A stretch of 64,000 nucleotides of DNA from positions 43,448 through 107,447 of the IMG/VR virus record IMGVR_UViG_3300044613_002638; one strand, 5' to 3'. The position numbers and the translations under genes are program-made. Source of the DNA: a virus. Below, piece after piece: positions 11,001-20,138 of the stretch; positions within the stretch are counted from its first letter, which is position 1; each line of letters starts with the position of its first letter. The notes below the pieces were generated by a model. The model ran no database searches, was not told the origin of the DNA, and was given only the letters and a program-made list of their open reading frames with translations.

Positions 11001-11854
11001 ACTACTTAACTGCAAACTTAACAACCACAACTAGCGGTCCATTTGATTCAGGTACAGGTGCTACGTGGACCAATCCTCGAACTACAGCAACTTGGGCTAA
11101 AATTGAAATCTGGGGTGGCGGTGGCGGTGGTGGTGGTTCCGCTTCTGGTGGTGCAGGAGGTGGTGGTGGCGGTGGTGCGTATTTTACTGTGACAGTCCCG
11201 TTTAATTATCTTGGCGCTACAGAAACTTACACCGTTGGCGGAGGCGGCGCAGGAGTAGCTTCTGCAACTAACGGAAGCGGTGGTGGAACTACTACGTTTA
11301 CTATTTCAAATTGGCCTGGCGGTGCAAGAACCATCTCTGCTTACGGTGGCGGTGGCGGAGGTGGCGCCGCATCTACTGTTGGTTATTCTGGTGGCGGTGG
11401 CGGAGGTGTTTTAGGAACGGGCGGTAGCGCAGCAGGCGGAACAATTGGGCAAGGAGGTGCTCCTATAGCCGGCGTACAGGCCAGTGGTGATGGTAACGAA
11501 GGTTATGGCGGAGGAGCCGGGTCCGGCGCAGTAGCAACACCAGGTGGTTTTGCCTACTACGGAGGTGGTGGTGGAGGTTGTGGCGAAAATGCTACTGGAA
11601 CAGGCGTTACTGGAATAGGTGGTAGTTCTGTGTATGGTGGAGGTGGTGGAGGTGGTGGTAACGACTCCGGCACTGTACGTTGCCCCGGTGGAACCTCTAC
11701 ATTTGGGGGTAAAGGCGGTGATGGTGGCTATGGAAATAATACCACTCCAGCGCAAGACGGCACAGTTCCCGGCGGTGGGGGAGGTGGTTCCGACTTAGGC
11801 ACAGCAGGTTCTGGTGCCGGCGCAGCAGGTAGATTGCTAATTACTATATGGTAA
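8003..11854 (+). CDS. Long tail fibre/appendage protein with beta-repeat shaft, 18-aa coiled-coil repeats and C-terminal glycine-rich tip
   Basis: 1283 aa; TNFSTGNAVISGGYI repeats; YQTYANANVVAIQ repeats; EIWGGGGGGGG...GRLLITIW Gly-rich domain. Confidence 0.8.
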   Translation: MAIGRISGALLFSDLDRQGTDLAFTTNGQPLVYMDFTNFRLGINTNSIVDTFTVDGTANVSGITKIYGNLVAASGVEAYDVTTGAFNVVGGAGITGNLYAGNLFANNFSGNISNAGGSSIFGNIAVTYAGVFGSLNTANAVITGGYINDLANLTATAAQFSNFSSGNILVSGGYISSLSNITATTGNVESWYATALNATNGNITTLTVTNFSTGNAVISGGYITSLSNAYITTSDVTNFSTGNAVISGGYIAGLANATITTGNVESWYATELNGTNGNITNLTATNFSSGNVLISGGYISQLSNITAVTANLGNLQIEDITLSSLVGNIIIEPLLSDSNALTIISGTSALQLPSGTTVQQPSNAYPGAIRWNTSISSIEVYSDPTWIPLLSEINNQVITPDGVSNNYVLDYVSTAEGIIVSINGTLQQPGTAYTVSGSTISFTEVPLVSDIISIRFISAGITENNVNFGNIAANLIPYANVTYDLGSTSNRWRDLWLAGNSIHLGAALITSVGNTVQLPAGSTVGGANVDITSIESNIIVLNANVEAANAAIITANSAMKTYVDVNIADAIFIAGSYGNAVVAEYLYFDPLILSIRANLGSTQIWANANIATINANLGSYQTYANANVVAIQDNLSAYQTYANANVVAIQDNLSAYQTYANANVVAIQANLGSYQTYANANVVAIQANLGAYQTYANANVVATQANLGSFQTYANTKIGTNSNSNLVVVATTATTSTTTGALIVRGGTGIAGAAVVAGNVTIGTTALSSRANLYLTGGNLAAAPGSSLKIAEFHSTVTNASYIQFLTQRHAQGADWTTANTRIQQMIDVTPQGYIEFNPNGAQYGVAIGSQNFQDIARFHDSTGNVVIRSTTATTSTTTGALVVAGGVGVGGSIRVSGNVGIGTSTPQTGTLFNVAGISDLGRDGSNGYIQVVGGGVTNTGYIGFYTSADVRQAYIGYIGTPNDALNIETDAGSNKPIRFATNATPRMTIASSGNVTVSNYLTANLTTTTSGPFDSGTGATWTNPRTTATWAKIEIWGGGGGGGGSASGGAGGGGGGGAYFTVTVPFNYLGATETYTVGGGGAGVASATNGSGGGTTTFTISNWPGGARTISAYGGGGGGGAASTVGYSGGGGGGVLGTGGSAAGGTIGQGGAPIAGVQASGDGNEGYGGGAGSGAVATPGGFAYYGGGGGGCGENATGTGVTGIGGSSVYGGGGGGGGNDSGTVRCPGGTSTFGGKGGDGGYGNNTTPAQDGTVPGGGGGGSDLGTAGSGAGAAGRLLITIW
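9851..10150 (+). repeat. 54-bp tandem repeat (~5.5 copies) encoding LGSYQTYANANVVAIQ(D/A)N
   Basis: Unit starts at 9851, 9905, 9959, 10013, 10067, 10121. Confidence 0.9.
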
Positions 11855-11858
11855 AATT

Positions 11859-12101
11859 ATGACTACTTTTGCAATTATTAATAGGAATACTTCTCGAGTT
11901 GAAAATATCAGTGAAGATCAGCGCAATGCTGAAGAAATAGTTCTTCCTGATCCATATTTTGTTGTACCCATAAAAGACACACCTTCACTTGTGTGGACGC
12001 ATGATGGCAACGAGTGGACTCAAATTTTGGGTTCAGGGATGGGCGGAATCGGCGACACATGGGACGGTGACAAATTTATCAGACCAAAACCTGTTGCATA
12101 A
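11859..12101 (+). CDS. Small fibre-tip partner/assembly chaperone
   Basis: 80 aa directly after Gly-rich tip; FAII...VENI start and GIGDTWDGDKFIRP end resemble the 21115 motifs. Confidence 0.6.
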   Translation: MTTFAIINRNTSRVENISEDQRNAEEIVLPDPYFVVPIKDTPSLVWTHDGNEWTQILGSGMGGIGDTWDGDKFIRPKPVA

Positions 12102-12208
12102 TCTTGCAGCAATACATCAATAAAAATACACTTTTATTTTCATAGTTTTACACTTACGCAGCTGAATCTTTTTTTTGGTAAATAGTAGATATATCCTAAG
12201 GATTCATA

Positions 12209-15200
12209 ATGGCTGTCACACGAATTAAAAATAATCAGATCACTGACGCTACAATTACAGCAGCTAAAATTGCAAGTCAAACATTAGTTGGCAGTTTATT
12301 TGCTACAGATCTTACGCTAAACTCCAATTTAAGTATTATTGGTAATCTTACCATTACTGGAACATCCAGTAACATCAATGCTACCAATACGTTTATTTCT
12401 GATCCATTTGTAATTTTTAACAACGGTTACACAGGCTCGTTGACTAATTATACAATTGGTATGTTGTTAAATCGTAATCTTTCTAGCTTAGGGGATTTTG
12501 GCGCAGTAAACACAGCTTGGGTTTGGTCAGAAGCAGATGCAGCATTTACAGGTATAGCAACCACTGATACAGGTTCGGGTATCGTAAGCATTAATAATTC
12601 TGGTTACGCTAATATTAAAATAGGTAATTTACAAGCCGTTACTGCAATAAATGCTTCTAGCATTAGTGCTACTACAATTAGTTTCAATGACGCATCAGTA
12701 GCAAACTTAGTGGTAACAAATTTTAGTACCGGTAATGCAGTTATAAGTGGCGGTTATATTTCTGATTTAGCTAATGCCACTATAACAACTGGTAATGTAC
12801 AGAGTTGGTATGCAACAGACTTAAATTCTACCAATGGAAATATCACTACCCTTACAGCAACAACTGTTAATGCTGGTACAACAACATCAGCAACACTAAA
12901 TGCAACAACTGGTAATGTCACTACATTAGGTGCTATAGATACAACTACAGTAAATTTAAATGTTACCAGTGGTAATGTCACCACCTTAGGTGCTATAGAT
13001 ACAACTACAGTGAATCTAAATGCAACCAATGGAAATGTTACTACATTGGGCGTTGGAACTGCAACAGCCACTACACTTAACGCAACCAATGGTAATGTTA
13101 CCACATTAGGCGCTGTAGATACCACTACAGTGAATTTGAATGTAACCAGTGGTAATGTTACCACCTTAGGTGCTATAGATACAACTACTGTAAATTTAAA
13201 CGTTACTACTGGTAATATAACTACACTAGGTGCTGGAACTACAACTACCACTACACTTAATACAACTACTGCTAATATAACAAGCGGAGATGCTACTACT
13301 TTTGTAGCTGATAATTTTAGTTCTGGTAATGCTGTTATTACAGGCGGCAGCATAAACAGCAGTCCGGTAGGTAATTCTACACCATCAACTGGTGCGTTTA
13401 CTACTTTGTCGTCGAATGGTTTAACAACTTTCACTGATGCAACACAAAGCGATAACGCATCAACTGGTGCAGTTGTAGTTACTGGTGGTGTAGGTATTGG
13501 TGCTAATTTAAATGTAGCCGGAAATGTAACTATACTTGGTAATCTTCTAGTATTAGGAAATACTACAACACTTAACACTGAAACATTAAATGTAGAAGAT
13601 TTGAATATTACTGTAGCGGCCAATGCTACAAGTGGAGCTGAAGCTAATGGAGCCGGATTAACAGTAGCCGGAGCCAATGCCACCTTTACCTATTTAAATG
13701 CAGACGATAGCTGGAATCTGAATAAAAAATTAAACGGAACTAGTTTCAATGCAGCAGTAGCAAATATCACAAGTGCCAATATCACAACAATAGATGCAAG
13801 CACAACTACAACTGCAAATATAAATTCAACTACTGGTAATATTACTACACTTACATCGACCACAATCAACGCAGGAACAACTACGTCTGCTGTGTTAAAT
13901 GCTACTACAGGTAATATTACTACACTAGATTCAGGAACTACTACAACTGCTAATCTTAACACTAGCAATGCGAATATTACCTCTGGTTTTGCTACTACAT
14001 TGGTAGTCACTAATTTTAGTTCGCCTAACGCAGTAGTAACAGGCGGTTCTATCAACAATACTATTATTGGAAATTCCACGCCAGCTGCTGCTACGGTAAC
14101 TCTGCTATTGGCTGAAGGTAACATTGTTGCTAACTCGGGTACTTTAGCAACTAATTATACCACTGGTGCCATTGTGGTACCAAATGGCGGTGGTGTTGGT
14201 ATTACAGGCGATTTATGGGTTCAAGGGCCTAGCACATTTGCTGGTAATATTGTAGCAGGTAACATTCAGTTAAGCGGTAATATAAACGTACCAGTTGGCG
14301 GAACTTTCTCCAATACAGGTGTGTTCTTTGGTAATGCTGGAGGTATTGGTGCTTTGTATGCTGGTACTACCACATACACTGCCTTGCCTACTACTGTTTT
14401 ACAACTTAGTGGAAATGTAGACACTTACGCTCAGCTTAACTTTCAAAATATAAATTCTGGAAGTGCAGCTAGTACAGACTTTGTAGCAACAGCCGACAAC
14501 GGGTCAGACACAGACGGATATATCAACCTAGGTATAAACTCTAGCACATTTAATGTACCAGAATATCCTGGATATTATCCAAATGATGGTTATTTGATCT
14601 TGCATGGACTTGAACCAGGCACGGGTAATCTAAATATTCATTCGCATGCATCAACTTCAGTAATTAAATTTATTCAAGGTGAGTTTGATGATGGCAATAC
14701 AAAAGCAGCTATTACTTCCAACGGATTATTTGTAAATGCCACTACTGCCACTACATCAACCACTAGCGGTGCTTTCATTGTTACAGGCGGTGCTGCTTTT
14801 GGAAGTAATATTAATGCCGCTCAAGGCGCAGTGTTCAACGTGTCCAAAACTGCTAACTATGATTTTATTGTACGCGGTGACAACGACGATACATTGATTT
14901 GGGCCAGACCTAGTAGTGCATATGATTCAGTTGTAATTGGTAATAGTGCTACAACAAGCACATTGGTTGCAGGCGCTAAATTAATTATCAACACCACTGA
15001 TTCTATTTTAATTCCAGTTGGATCTACGGCACAAAGACCAGGGTCGACTGGCGGCACTGATACTGCTGGTATGATAAGATTTAATACCAGTAACGCACAA
15101 TTAGAATTTTATAATGGTTCAAGTTGGACTAATACTGGCACCAGTTTTACAGTTATTGCGTCTGAAACCTTTGATGGTGATGATCTGACAGTAAACTTTA

Positions 15201-15964
15201 CACTTGCTGCGTCGGCTACTACTGCCAGCGTTATTGTGAGCACAAACGGTGTTCTACAAATCCCAGGACTGGCTTATACAGTGAGTGGTACTACACTTAC
15301 TTTCACATCGGCACCGGCCACAGGTGACAAAATAGAAGTTCGTAGACTTGCAACTACAGCAACAGTATCAACATTAGAGTCATCAAATGGATTTGTATCT
15401 TTTGTAACAACTAATACTTTTGCCAACATCAATGCTGGTACAGGATCTGCTGTTACTAGAATGAGTTTCAACACCACTGGTAATGTTGCAGTTACTGGTA
15501 ATATAGCTCCTAGTGCAAACGTTGCTTATGATTTAGGTGATTCTACCAATTGGTTTAAAAATATTTTTGTAAATTCAACTATAACTGGTGGTGCTGATAT
15601 CGCAGAAAATTATATAGCTGACGCTGTTTATAACCCAGGTACAGTTGTTGAATTCGGAGGCGAAGCAGAAGTAACCGTTTCAATGACTGAAGGTAGCACC
15701 AAAATTGCCGGCGTAATAACTTCAAATCCTGCTCATGTCATGAATGGTGGTTTAAAAGGCAGTTCTATTGCTAGTGTGGCCTTATTGGGTCGTGTACCTG
15801 TAAATGTAATTGGACCAGTTTATAAAGGGGATATGTTGATTAGTGCGGGTTATGGATTCGCACGTGCCTGTTCAAATCCAATAATAGGATCAGTGATTGG
15901 CAAGGCATTGGCAAATTTTGATGGAGAAAAAGGTTCAGTCGAAGTGGTTGTTGGCAGGCTATAA
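12209..15964 (+). CDS. Long tail fibre/appendage protein with C-terminal intramolecular chaperone (peptidase G2-like)
   Basis: 1251 aa T/N/G-rich repeats; C-terminal ADIAENY...PGTVVEFGGEAEV...VALLGRVP...GKAL...EVVVGRL; TAAATA at 12179-12184. Confidence 0.8.
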   Translation: MAVTRIKNNQITDATITAAKIASQTLVGSLFATDLTLNSNLSIIGNLTITGTSSNINATNTFISDPFVIFNNGYTGSLTNYTIGMLLNRNLSSLGDFGAVNTAWVWSEADAAFTGIATTDTGSGIVSINNSGYANIKIGNLQAVTAINASSISATTISFNDASVANLVVTNFSTGNAVISGGYISDLANATITTGNVQSWYATDLNSTNGNITTLTATTVNAGTTTSATLNATTGNVTTLGAIDTTTVNLNVTSGNVTTLGAIDTTTVNLNATNGNVTTLGVGTATATTLNATNGNVTTLGAVDTTTVNLNVTSGNVTTLGAIDTTTVNLNVTTGNITTLGAGTTTTTTLNTTTANITSGDATTFVADNFSSGNAVITGGSINSSPVGNSTPSTGAFTTLSSNGLTTFTDATQSDNASTGAVVVTGGVGIGANLNVAGNVTILGNLLVLGNTTTLNTETLNVEDLNITVAANATSGAEANGAGLTVAGANATFTYLNADDSWNLNKKLNGTSFNAAVANITSANITTIDASTTTTANINSTTGNITTLTSTTINAGTTTSAVLNATTGNITTLDSGTTTTANLNTSNANITSGFATTLVVTNFSSPNAVVTGGSINNTIIGNSTPAAATVTLLLAEGNIVANSGTLATNYTTGAIVVPNGGGVGITGDLWVQGPSTFAGNIVAGNIQLSGNINVPVGGTFSNTGVFFGNAGGIGALYAGTTTYTALPTTVLQLSGNVDTYAQLNFQNINSGSAASTDFVATADNGSDTDGYINLGINSSTFNVPEYPGYYPNDGYLILHGLEPGTGNLNIHSHASTSVIKFIQGEFDDGNTKAAITSNGLFVNATTATTSTTSGAFIVTGGAAFGSNINAAQGAVFNVSKTANYDFIVRGDNDDTLIWARPSSAYDSVVIGNSATTSTLVAGAKLIINTTDSILIPVGSTAQRPGSTGGTDTAGMIRFNTSNAQLEFYNGSSWTNTGTSFTVIASETFDGDDLTVNFTLAASATTASVIVSTNGVLQIPGLAYTVSGTTLTFTSAPATGDKIEVRRLATTATVSTLESSNGFVSFVTTNTFANINAGTGSAVTRMSFNTTGNVAVTGNIAPSANVAYDLGDSTNWFKNIFVNSTITGGADIAENYIADAVYNPGTVVEFGGEAEVTVSMTEGSTKIAGVITSNPAHVMNGGLKGSSIASVALLGRVPVNVIGPVYKGDMLISAGYGFARACSNPIIGSVIGKALANFDGEKGSVEVVVGRL
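12851..13270 (+). repeat. 60-bp tandem repeat (~7 copies) encoding GNVTTLGAIDTTTVNLNVTS-type units
   Basis: GGTAATGT/GGAAATGT recurs at 12911, 12971, 13031, 13091, 13151, with a variant at 13211. Confidence 0.85.
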
Positions 15965-15976
15965 AGGTTAACTAAA

Positions 15977-16690
15977 ATGGCTTTAACAAAACCCAAGCTT
16001 AGTCAGAATATCGACACCGATGTCTCAGTTTTTAGCGATCCAATATTAGTATTACATCAAGGATCAACATCTGCAAATTTAGATGTTGGTTTTTTAATGA
16101 ATCGTTCAAACGGTTTAACGTCCAATGCTGCGGTTATTTGGCAAGAAAGCACGAGAAGTTTTGTTTATATATTAACAAACGATAGTGGTGCATCAAATTC
16201 AAATCTTAATGTTTTATCATATGCCAACGTAACAGTAGGTAATATAACTTCCAACGTTTTATACACTTACGAAGGTATTCGTTGGGCAGGTAATGGTAAC
16301 GTTTTTGCGTCTGGCGGCGGTGGGGGCATAACTTACACAGCAAGTGCAACGGCTCCGTTGTCTCCTACAATTGGCGATCAATGGTATGATACCGGAACAG
16401 ATATATTATTTGAATATATTGACGATGGGGATGATGTTTATTGGGTAGATATCAATTCGCCTACACTGTATACAAATAATATTGTAACTGGTACAAGTTT
16501 ATCAATAACAGGTAATGCAACTGTAAACGATACTATGACTGCAGGCAATATTAGAACCAATGGAATATATTGGTCGGCAAATGGAATACCAATTACAAGC
16601 ACTACCGGCGGATTGCCAATTGATTTTGGTTTTGTAACTGATCCAGTGGCTTCATTAAACAGTCAAATTAATTTTGGTACTGTTATATAA
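15977..16690 (+). CDS. Fibre/virion structural protein
   Basis: DPILVL..D.GF.MNR...VIWQE module and AP..P..GDQWYDT..DILFEY..DG..YWVD module. Confidence 0.7.
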   Translation: MALTKPKLSQNIDTDVSVFSDPILVLHQGSTSANLDVGFLMNRSNGLTSNAAVIWQESTRSFVYILTNDSGASNSNLNVLSYANVTVGNITSNVLYTYEGIRWAGNGNVFASGGGGGITYTASATAPLSPTIGDQWYDTGTDILFEYIDDGDDVYWVDINSPTLYTNNIVTGTSLSITGNATVNDTMTAGNIRTNGIYWSANGIPITSTTGGLPIDFGFVTDPVASLNSQINFGTVI

Positions 16691-16726
16691 AACCAGGCAA
16701 ATAAATATAAAGATAAAGGTTTAGAA

Positions 16727-18034
16727 ATGAGTACACAAGTACAATGGCGAAGAGGAACCGACAGCGAGATTGCTGCATTTACTGGTGCTGACGGCGAAAT
16801 CACTGTTAACACCACTAATTACACATTAAATGTTCACGATGGTGTAACTGCCGGTGGCTTTGCTATTGTGGGCACGACAGCTACTCAAGCTCTTTCTAAC
16901 AAAACTTTGAGCGGCAACACTACAATTAGCGGTAATTTAATTCCTGGTGCAAATATTACTTACAGTTTAGGCACAAGCACAGCTAGGTTTAAAGATTTAT
17001 GGTTAGCTGGAAATACAATCTATTTAGATGGTGCCAATATTAGTGTAGTCAATGGTAACATTGTGTTTTATAATACCCAAGGTGCATCTGTTGATATTGG
17101 GTCATTGGATTCAACTTCAACTGCTTTTCAAACTTATGCAAATACAAAAATTGGAACAAACTCTAATAGTAATTTAGTTGTGCTGAGTACAACAGCTACA
17201 ACTTCTGCTACCACTGGTGCACTAGTAGTGAGAGGCGGAGTTGGTATAGCTGGTAATGTTATAGTAGGCGGAACTGGTGCGAGTTCTCTAAGAGCAGGTG
17301 CATTTGTCACTGATGTTCTTAATCTTGATCCTGGCACAAGTAATATAGCTTCGAGATTTGGAAAAGGGGCCATAGCATCAGGCACAGGCATAATAGGATG
17401 GAATCGCAGTGCCGGTCGTGGCGAAATGTCTTTCGTACAAAACAAAAACGGCGGATCCCAAGGCGGATTTGTATTTTATGATTGGGCCAACACAGCAGTT
17501 AACACAACCACAGAGATTTTCGCTATAACAGAAACTGGAAATATAAGTGTGTTTGGTAATATTACACCAAATGCAAACGTGATTTACGATATAGGTAGTC
17601 CTACGTCTTGGTTTAATACATTTTATGGAGTATCAACTCAAGCTAGATACGCCGACTTGGCAGAAAACTATCAAGCAGACGATGACTATGAACCAGGTGC
17701 TGTGTTGGTATTTGGTGGTACACACGAAGTTACTATATCAACACAATCTCATGACACCACAGTGGCAGGTGTTGTATCTACTAGCCCTGCACATTTAATG
17801 AATGGAGCATTGCAAGGGCACAATGTTGTAGCATTGGCATTGCAGGGACGAGTACCTTGCCGTGTGCAAGGGCCTGTGAACAAAGGCACTGTATTAGTTT
17901 CAAGTTCAATACCAGGAACTGCTGAAGCAATTGATTATACATATTATCAACCAGGCTCAATTTTAGGAAAAAGCTTAGAACAAATTGAAGATAACAGTAT
18001 TAGAACAATAGAAATAGTTGTAGGAAGATTCTAA
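16727..18034 (+). CDS. Tail fibre/spike with Mtd_N-like N-terminus and C-terminal autocleaving chaperone
   Basis: N-term QVQWRRGT..E...FTGADGEITVNT....L.VHDGVTAGG; C-term YADLAENY...VALALQGRVPC...IVVGRF; TAAATA at 16702-16707. Confidence 0.75.
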   Translation: MSTQVQWRRGTDSEIAAFTGADGEITVNTTNYTLNVHDGVTAGGFAIVGTTATQALSNKTLSGNTTISGNLIPGANITYSLGTSTARFKDLWLAGNTIYLDGANISVVNGNIVFYNTQGASVDIGSLDSTSTAFQTYANTKIGTNSNSNLVVLSTTATTSATTGALVVRGGVGIAGNVIVGGTGASSLRAGAFVTDVLNLDPGTSNIASRFGKGAIASGTGIIGWNRSAGRGEMSFVQNKNGGSQGGFVFYDWANTAVNTTTEIFAITETGNISVFGNITPNANVIYDIGSPTSWFNTFYGVSTQARYADLAENYQADDDYEPGAVLVFGGTHEVTISTQSHDTTVAGVVSTSPAHLMNGALQGHNVVALALQGRVPCRVQGPVNKGTVLVSSSIPGTAEAIDYTYYQPGSILGKSLEQIEDNSIRTIEIVVGRF

Positions 18035-18035
18035 C

Positions 18036-19778
18036 ATGGGATTTCCTAGCAGTCCAACAAACGGTCAACAGGTAGTAGTCAACAATATTACCTACATCTA
18101 TAACAGTTCTAAAACTGCGTGGTTGAGATTAAGTACTCCTGGTGTACCCTTAAGTGCCAATAGTTTAGTTTTAACTAGTCCTAATGTGTCAATCAGTACC
18201 ACTTCTGGTGCACTTATAGTTACTGGCGGTGCTGGTATTGGTGGCAACTTACACGCTGACAGGTACTATACTCACAACGGTCTTTATTGGGCTAATAATA
18301 ACGAAAGCATCCTCGGTGGCCTAAACTATGGTAACACTGAAGTAGCAGCATACCTTGATTCGCAAAAAATTACAAGTGCAAATATTGGTGGTAGTCAAAT
18401 ATTTGCTAATGCAAATGCTGCTGTGCAGGCAACATCAATAAATTCTATTAATGCAAATATAGGATCATTTCAGACCTACGCCAATTCTAAAATTGGCACA
18501 AACACTAATAGCAATTTAGTAGTTGTATCTACTACAAGTTCAACATCAAACGTTACAGGTGCCTTAGTGGTAGCCGGGGGCGCCGGGATAGCAGGTAACG
18601 TTTATGCAGGAAAAATTTATACCTCAGAAGGCTTATATTGGGCAGGCAACGGCAACGTTATAGTAACAGGAGGCGGCGGTGGCGGAGTATTTACAGCTAG
18701 CAACACAGCACCTGTTGCGCCAAATGAAAGTGATTTTTGGTATAAAATCTCATCTGACATATTATTACAATATATTACTGATGGCACTAGTAGTTACTGG
18801 GTAGATGTACAAAGTCAAACTTTGTTTGCTAATACTGCCGGCACTATCACTGAACTAGGTGAAACTACTATCACTGGCAATCTTATACCTTCGGCCAACA
18901 TTACATACAATCTTGGTAGTAGTACATCAAGATTCAAAGATATATTTTTAAGCGGTAACACGATTGATCTAGGCGGCGCCACTATTAAAACACACAGTGA
19001 CAGTGGTGCAATAGCTTTTATTCCATCTATCACTGCGACTAATCCCAATCCAAGTGCTGTGGTAATCACACCAGCTGGAACTATTACCTCAGTTGAAACT
19101 GTTGGCGGTGTGGTATCAGACGCAAATATTGGTGCTGCATCTAATGCGGCATCAGAATCTGGTACTACTATTTTTGGTAACATTACGGTTACTGGTAACG
19201 TCATTGCTGCAAATATAACCGCCAATTCTAATATAGTTGCTAACAAAATTACAACCACTGTGGGAATTTTTTGGTCTAACGGTAATGCTTTTATATCAGG
19301 AAGTGGTGGCAGTGGAATAACCTACACAGCAAATACTGCTCCACCAACCACAGGCAACATTTCAGGTGATAAATGGTACAACACCAACAATGATGTGTTG
19401 TACGAATATCTAGATGATGGAACAACATCATACTGGATTGATATTCAAAGTCAAACTTTAGCAGCTAACACCTCTACGCAAGAAACATCAATAGCCACGA
19501 TTAATGCGAATATTGGTGCATTTCAAAACTATGCTAACACAAAAATTGGAACAAACACAAATGGTAATTTAGTAGTTCAAACAACAACTAGTTCAATATC
19601 AACTACTACAGGCGCATTGGTTGTAGTAGGCGGCGTAGGGGTGGCCGGTAATGTAACTGCAGATAGATTTGCAACCACAACTGGTTTATTTTGGGCAAAC
19701 GGAACAGCTTTCAGTTCGGGACTGAGCTCGGCACAAGTTAATGCTCGTATTTGGGCACAAAATGTATTTTGGGGATAA
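18036..19778 (+). CDS. Cassette 1 anchor/fibre shaft protein (MGFPSSPTNGQ)
   Basis: N-terminal FPxxPxNG...YxY...W motif; two GDxWY..YWxD modules; hydrophobic C-terminus. Confidence 0.75.
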   Translation: MGFPSSPTNGQQVVVNNITYIYNSSKTAWLRLSTPGVPLSANSLVLTSPNVSISTTSGALIVTGGAGIGGNLHADRYYTHNGLYWANNNESILGGLNYGNTEVAAYLDSQKITSANIGGSQIFANANAAVQATSINSINANIGSFQTYANSKIGTNTNSNLVVVSTTSSTSNVTGALVVAGGAGIAGNVYAGKIYTSEGLYWAGNGNVIVTGGGGGGVFTASNTAPVAPNESDFWYKISSDILLQYITDGTSSYWVDVQSQTLFANTAGTITELGETTITGNLIPSANITYNLGSSTSRFKDIFLSGNTIDLGGATIKTHSDSGAIAFIPSITATNPNPSAVVITPAGTITSVETVGGVVSDANIGAASNAASESGTTIFGNITVTGNVIAANITANSNIVANKITTTVGIFWSNGNAFISGSGGSGITYTANTAPPTTGNISGDKWYNTNNDVLYEYLDDGTTSYWIDIQSQTLAANTSTQETSIATINANIGAFQNYANTKIGTNTNGNLVVQTTTSSISTTTGALVVVGGVGVAGNVTADRFATTTGLFWANGTAFSSGLSSAQVNARIWAQNVFWG

Positions 19779-19781
19779 AAA

Positions 19782-20138
19782 ATGGCAGCACCAAACTTAA
19801 TTAATTCAACTACAGTATTAGGCAAACGAGCTTATGCCATATTAACAACATCAATGGCTAATGTAATTACAAATGGCTCTACATCAGGTAATCTTATTAA
19901 GATTAGTGAAATGTCAATTTCTAATATTTCTTCATTGGCAATTCTTACTAATGTTGCAGTTGGTAGAGGTACAACACTATATTATTTGGCAGGAAATATT
20001 TCTGTGCCAGCTAATTCTATTTTAACGCTTGTATCAAGAGACAGTGCTTTTTATATGGAAGAAGGAGATTATCTACAGGCCAATTCAAGTTCTGCTACAG
20101 CCGGGCATGTATCTGTATCTCATGAGGTAACATCGTAA
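19782..20138 (+). CDS. Cassette 1 adaptor (118-aa MAAPN family)
   Basis: Paralogue of 21789 and 25460 (same length; N.STSGN..K, GRG..L...G...P, Y.EEGDY.QAN). Confidence 0.8.
   Translation: MAAPNLINSTTVLGKRAYAILTTSMANVITNGSTSGNLIKISEMSISNISSLAILTNVAVGRGTTLYYLAGNISVPANSILTLVSRDSAFYMEEGDYLQANSSSATAGHVSVSHEVTS

Noticed and set aside
9851-13270. 54-bp and 60-bp periodic repeats as a possible CRISPR array
   Set aside because: In-frame coding repeats with synonymous variation and no unique spacers; no cas genes
12754-14124. Long antisense ORFs (309 and 144 aa), and similar ones at 4556-5050, 18815-19258 and 32555-33205
   Set aside because: Val-rich mirror frames produced by Thr-rich repetitive sense genes; no RBS or promoter, fully nested in real genes
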